DNA of 64,000 nucleotides from Candidatus Cloacimonadota bacterium (GTDB lineage Bacteria; Cloacimonadota; Cloacimonadia; JGIOTU-2): NCBI GenBank assembly GCA_034722995.1, contig JAYEOL010000008.1, positions 9,975 to 73,974 of the forward strand, read 5' to 3'. Shown piece by piece: positions 60,599 to 64,000 of this stretch (position 1 is its first letter; each line of letters starts with the position of its first letter). The notes under the pieces were generated by a model. It saw only the letters and a program-made list of their open reading frames with translations, ran no database searches and was not told where the DNA came from. The position numbers and the translations under genes were made by a program.

Positions 60599-60735
60599 TG
60601 CAAAATAACATTTTATTGTCATTCCGCACTTGATTCGGAATCCAAAATCCTTTATTTCATTGGATTCCCGTCCCCAATTTCTTGAGGACAAGCTTTCACT
60701 GGAATGACAAATAAAGCCAAATTAACAATTTTGCA
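60599..60735. repeat. 137-bp element bounded by inverted termini TGCAAAAT...TTGTCATTCC / GGAATGACAA...ATTTTGCA, with nested hairpins
   Basis: Terminal inverted repeats of ~18 matching nt. Internal CGGAATCC...GGATTCCCG hairpin. Upstream of the YtfJ-like gene. Confidence 0.3.
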
Positions 60736-61226
60736 TATCTCATTTTTTTATTAATTTATTATGAGATTACACAAAAAAGTAAAATACAAAATAAATTAAC
60801 TTAATTTCAAAATCCAAATTTCTAATGTCAAATAAATGCCAAAGTTTAAACGTCAAAGTCATTGTTTCCGTGTTGATTTATTTATGGAGAGATAAAAAAA
60901 TTAAGTTGGGTTTATTGGTTTTTTTCAATAAATTTTTGTTTCACCGTTTCATGTTATAGGCAGATCCTTTGAATAACTGTGAAACTACCTTTGATACCAT
61001 TCTAACCTGACTGTTGATTTCACCAAGAAATGGTCAATATTTTGATTTTTCTTGTTTGTAATTTGTCGTTTGAAATTTTATTTGAAATTAGAAATTAGAT
61101 ATTTGGAATTATTTATCAAGTTTTGCATAAACGGAACTAAATGAATAAATCATACTTAACTTTTGATAACATCTTATACGAAACTTGAGTAAATTAGTTT
61201 TATATAATTTTTTAGCTTATCAAGAT

Positions 61227-61706
61227 TCATCCTATTCTCTTTTTGATATTTTGCAAAAGCCCACCACTTTCAATGATTTTTTGCATTTGTGTCGGTAGAG
61301 GTGGAAACTTAAAAGTTCTATCCCCTACCTTTAATTCGCCTACCTTCTCATCAATCTCAATCTTATTTCCTTCCTTATAATAATCAACTGCGTCCGGACA
61401 TTCTATCAAAAGCAATCCTTGATTAGTGCCACTACGATAGAATATACGAGCAAAGGATTTGGCGATAATAGCTCTTATACCAACATATTTCAGACCAAGC
61501 CCGGGTTGTTCTCTTGAGGAACCACAACCAAAATTCTTACCTGCCAAAATTATATCACTTTTTTGAACCTCTCTTGAAAAGTTTGTGTCCAAATCTTCAA
61601 AAAGATGTTCTTTTATAAAATCAAGGTCTGATGATTCATAAGTATATTTTCCAGGGAACATCAAATCCGTATTAATATTGTCTTGATTATAGTAAAATAC
61701 TTTCAT
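61227..61706 (-). CDS. LeuD-like small subunit of an aconitase-family dehydratase (no adjacent large subunit)
   Basis: GCGSSREQPGLGLKYVGIRAIIAKSFARIFYRSGTNQGLLLIEC matches the LeuD/aconitase swivel domain. Confidence 0.7.
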   Translation of the reverse strand: MKVFYYNQDNINTDLMFPGKYTYESSDLDFIKEHLFEDLDTNFSREVQKSDIILAGKNFGCGSSREQPGLGLKYVGIRAIIAKSFARIFYRSGTNQGLLLIECPDAVDYYKEGNKIEIDEKVGELKVGDRTFKFPPLPTQMQKIIESGGLLQNIKKRIG

Positions 61707-61924
61707 AATATCTCCAAAAACTAAACTGATTTCTTATATTAAATCTAATGGTTGGGGCAATGCGTAGCGCGGAATTTTATTGCACTTCCTTTCTGTTTTG
61801 TCCTGAATCCCGCATTTCGTATAGGTTTTGTTATCTTCTGGTCTTTTTCATTTATCTTCTTTTTGAATATCGAACACTGAACACTGATTAACGATTTTTG
61901 ATTTTTTTGTGATTGAAAAAATAT

Positions 61925-62287
61925 TTATAATTTTAGATTTTTTTGTGCAGTTTCAATGCTCTTGACAAAAATTGAAATCAATTCATTATTCTCTTTTTTT
62001 GCCTTTATTATTTTACTTTCAGTTTTATACAATTTGCTTCGGTGAATTATTTTCAGACAAACATAAGTTTCTCGCAGTTCTTTTAAAATTACTTTTACTT
62101 TATGGATGAAGTCTTTTTTCGACTCTGCACTTTGTGCTTCTCCATAATTCAATGAAACTGATGTCCCGGAACGAACCAATTGTCCGGATAAATGATTCCC
62201 TGCCTTTGAATTGGGCATTTCGTTTACAATTTCAATTATCAAAACTGAAAATTCAATCAATCGTTCTTCTAAATCATATTTATTCAT
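61925..62287 (-). CDS. four-helix-bundle protein (23S rRNA-intervening-sequence protein family)
   Basis: 120 aa. LSGQLVRSGTSVSLNYGEAQSAESKKDFIHKVKVILKELRET matches the TIGR02436-like family. Confidence 0.6.
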   Translation of the reverse strand: MNKYDLEERLIEFSVLIIEIVNEMPNSKAGNHLSGQLVRSGTSVSLNYGEAQSAESKKDFIHKVKVILKELRETYVCLKIIHRSKLYKTESKIIKAKKENNELISIFVKSIETAQKNLKL

Positions 62288-62385
62288 AATTCATAAACTT
62301 CTTAAATCATTATTCGTTAATCAATATTCGATATTCAATTTATTGTTCTGTTTTTTCTTGACTTGAATCTAACATTTCTTATCTA

Positions 62386-63705
62386 TTATTTTCCAATACA
62401 AAAATAGGTGAAGCCATTAGCTTTTGTCTTTTCAGGGTCATATTGGTTTCTGCCATCAAAGATTACTTTTTGTTTGAGCGTATTTTTTATCTTTTGAAAA
62501 TCAGGGTGACGAAATTGACGCCATTCTGTTATAAGAACTAAAGCATCTGCATCTCCCAGAGCCTGATATTGGTCATTAAAATATTTAATGAATGGATTAT
62601 TGCCGAATACTTTTTTTGCTTCCTTAATTGCCTTTGGGTCATAGGCTTGAATTTTTGCACCCCGTTTAATTAGTTCATTAATTATAATTATTGATGGAGC
62701 TTCTCGTACATCATCAGTCATTGGTTTAAAAGAAAGACCCCAGATAGCAAATACCTTGCCTTTCAAATCTTTCCCAAAATGTGCACATATTTTATCAATC
62801 ATTATCTGTTTCTGTTTATAATTTACATTTTCAACTGCTTCTAATATTTGTGATGATGAATTGTTTTCTTGTGAAATTTTTATAAGAGCCTTTATATCCT
62901 TTGGAAAACAAGAACCGCCATATCCAACACCTGGATAAAGAAATTTATAACCAATTCGTGAGTCAGAACCTATTCCTATTCTTACATCTTCAACATTAGC
63001 ACCGACTTTTTCACACAGATTTGCTATTTCATTCATAAATGAAATTTTTGTAGCAAGCATTGCATTTGCAGTATATTTTGTCAATTCAGCAGAACGAATA
63101 CTCATAAAGATGACGCGATTGCTTCTAAAAGTAAATGATGAGTAAAGGTCATTCATAATATCCTTTGCTTTCTCACTATCAGCTCCAACTATAATTCTAT
63201 CCGGCTTCAGAAAATCTTCTATAGCCATTCCTTCTTTCAAAAATTCAGGGTTAGACACGACATCAAAATCATAATTCAATTCTCGTTTTTCTAATTCAGA
63301 CTTTATCGTTTCTTTTACTAAATCTGCGGTACCAACTGGAACGGTGGATTTGTCAATCACAACTTTGTAGCCATTAATATATTTCCCAATATCTTTTGCT
63401 ACAGTTAGCACATATTGAAGGTCTGCTGAACCGTCTTCGTTTGGCGGGGTTCCAACAGCGATAAATATCACTAAGGATTCTTCAACTGCTTTTTTTATAT
63501 CAGTAATAAAAGATATACGATTCCCCTTTATATTTCTTTCTACCATCTCTTTTAACCCATACTCAAAAATTGGCATCACCCCATGATTCAACATATCAAT
63601 TTTTTCTTGATTATTATCAACGCAGATGACCTCACTTCCCATTTCTGCAAAGCAAGTGCCAGTAACTAAACCAACATAGCCTGTGCCCACTACAGCGATT
63701 TTCAT
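62386..63705 (-). CDS. ugd: UDP-glucose 6-dehydrogenase
   Basis: MKIAVVGTGYVGLVTGTCFAEMG Rossmann start and the catalytic GGSCFPKD motif. Confidence 0.85.
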   Translation of the reverse strand: MKIAVVGTGYVGLVTGTCFAEMGSEVICVDNNQEKIDMLNHGVMPIFEYGLKEMVERNIKGNRISFITDIKKAVEESLVIFIAVGTPPNEDGSADLQYVLTVAKDIGKYINGYKVVIDKSTVPVGTADLVKETIKSELEKRELNYDFDVVSNPEFLKEGMAIEDFLKPDRIIVGADSEKAKDIMNDLYSSFTFRSNRVIFMSIRSAELTKYTANAMLATKISFMNEIANLCEKVGANVEDVRIGIGSDSRIGYKFLYPGVGYGGSCFPKDIKALIKISQENNSSSQILEAVENVNYKQKQIMIDKICAHFGKDLKGKVFAIWGLSFKPMTDDVREAPSIIIINELIKRGAKIQAYDPKAIKEAKKVFGNNPFIKYFNDQYQALGDADALVLITEWRQFRHPDFQKIKNTLKQKVIFDGRNQYDPEKTKANGFTYFCIGK

Positions 63706-63707
63706 AT

Positions 63708-64000
63708 TTATTTATCCTTTCTGTGGTATTTGTTGTAAAAATATTCAATAGTTTTCATTATTCCATCTTTTAAAGTTGTTTGAGGATACCAGTTTAGAAT
63801 ATTCCTTGCTCGGGAAATATCAAGACAACTTTTGTGGATATCTCCAGGTCTAGCCCCTAATTTTTTCGGCTGAATATCTGAATTCGTAAGTTCTGCAATC
63901 TGATGATAAAGTTCTCCAGTTGAAGTCTCATTATTTGTACCAATATTCACAAGTTCATTGTCTCCTTTTTCAAGACCAATTAAATTTGATTTTACAACAT
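63708..64000 (-). CDS. NAD-dependent sugar epimerase/dehydratase, C-terminal part only (the gene continues beyond the window)
   Basis: Terminal ~80 aa resemble the C-terminus of the UDP-glucuronate decarboxylase/GalE family. The minus-strand frame is open to position 64000. Confidence 0.5.
   Translation of the reverse strand, partial: VVKSNLIGLEKGDNELVNIGTNNETSTGELYHQIAELTNSDIQPKKLGARPGDIHKSCLDISRARNILNWYPQTTLKDGIMKTIEYFYNKYHRKDK

Noticed and set aside
1-64000. CRISPR arrays, rRNA genes, transposases or integrases
   Set aside because: No regularly spaced direct repeats with unique spacers, no rRNA-like conserved blocks, and no DDE, serine or tyrosine recombinase-like ORFs were recognised anywhere in the window.

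Overview
AT-rich (~30% GC) bacterial chromosomal segment, apparently from a lineage that uses a type IX secretion system (T9SS), since many proteins end in the Por/T9SS C-terminal sorting domain (CTD). All calls are by eye from the translated ORFs and the raw sequence. Main blocks: (1) housekeeping genes yicC, rnr, an AhpD-like gene and dinB. (2) An island of five adjacent minus-strand T9SS cargo genes (7299-17966): a C10 cysteine peptidase, a giant protein with an embedded CapA/PgsA-like metallophosphatase domain, and two paralog pairs. Three near-identical ~115-bp promoter/leader copies sit in this island, plus a truncated CTD gene remnant. (3) proS and maf. (4) A small R-M-like module (beta-class DNA methyltransferase plus an uncharacterised partner) next to a PP-loop ATPase. 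(5) A poly-gamma-glutamate locus (pgsB, pgsC, a third gene read only tentatively as a PGA-system protein) co-oriented with a secreted protein and a putative outer-membrane beta-barrel. (6) A complete Bat aerotolerance operon (moxR, DUF58, hypothetical, batA-E) with two long intragenic spacers. (7) glyA, rpiB, ptb, tRNA-Glu(CUC). (8) A long de novo purine operon (purD, guaA, purN, purM-like, purE, purC, purO, purH transformylase-only, guaB, purF, purSL, purQ). (9) A C1 (papain-like) peptidase T9SS cargo gene, a YtfJ/GerW-like gene, a leuD-like gene, a four-helix-bundle protein, ugd and a partial epimerase. Things worth a second look: small GC-rich palindromes in intergenic DNA and inserted in frame inside CTD coding regions; a 25-bp tandem repeat between purL and purQ; and a possible dedicated PGA export apparatus for a diderm. 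No CRISPR array, rRNA, transposase or integrase was seen.
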